The position numbers and the translations under genes were made by a program. Below the pieces are notes generated by a model. The model saw only the letters and a list, made by a program, of their open reading frames with translations, was not told the DNA's origin and searched no databases. A DNA stretch of 64,000 bases. It comes from Neodothiora populina. Lineage: Eukaryota. The stretch covers positions 806,001 to 870,000 of the forward strand of contig NW_027191406.1 of assembly GCF_041146345.1 (NCBI RefSeq), in the 5' to 3' direction. Positions 63,737 through 64,000 of the stretch are shown here, in pieces; position 1 is the stretch's first letter, and every line of letters begins with the position of its first letter.

Positions 63737-64000
63737 GAAGTATTATGTGACCTGTCTATTGACTTATGGACAAAGAAAGATAGATTTGCTAAATTAGGCA
63801 AGACAGAAGGTATACCACAGGGTAGATGTTTTGCCCCTCCATGATATATTATACGTCATCGAAACGTCCGCGGAGACTTCCGCTTTTACAAGGTTGTCCG
63901 CTCCGTATCGCGCAACGTTATGCTAAGGAGGTAGGCACTTCACCTTGCGGTTGGATAACTGCAGATATAGAGTAAATATACTGATCATTGCAAAGACCAT

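Noticed and set aside
1..64000. Transposons, PKS/NRPS clusters, TPP riboswitch, TGA-CTA readthrough peroxisomal extensions, rRNA/snRNA, CRISPR
   Set aside because: No diagnostic motifs seen by eye, and the stop contexts I checked lack TGA CTA. An Rfam/RepeatMasker scan would be needed to exclude them fully.

Overview
Eukaryotic, intron-containing DNA from a filamentous ascomycete (Pezizomycotina; order not determinable from this window alone). It is ordinary gene-dense chromosome with about 23 protein-coding genes and one intron-containing tRNA-Pro(AGG). Genes include two MFS transporters, an FTS/AKTIP-like UEV protein, a vWA-like protein, mitochondrial SerRS, a BTB-like protein, a Pth11-like membrane protein, a SIRT5-type sirtuin, Icp55, Dbf4/NimO, Dug2, a type-2 asparaginase, an SDR, a nucleotide-sugar transporter, a Gfd2/QIP-like DEDDh nuclease, Pex11, an amidase, a zinc-finger-like protein and MsrB. 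I found no transposon, secondary-metabolite cluster, rRNA or CRISPR array, and no convincing new multi-gene system. The items most worth follow-up are a one-base frameshift at a G6/C6 run that splits an otherwise intact gene (52641-53941), a 50-aa single-TM microprotein missed by the ORF track (61602-61754), a palindromic TACWGTA motif enriched in intergenic DNA, a GC-AG intron, and several tandem-ATG dual-targeting candidates. Exon boundaries were read by eye and family calls come from motif recognition, not database searches.
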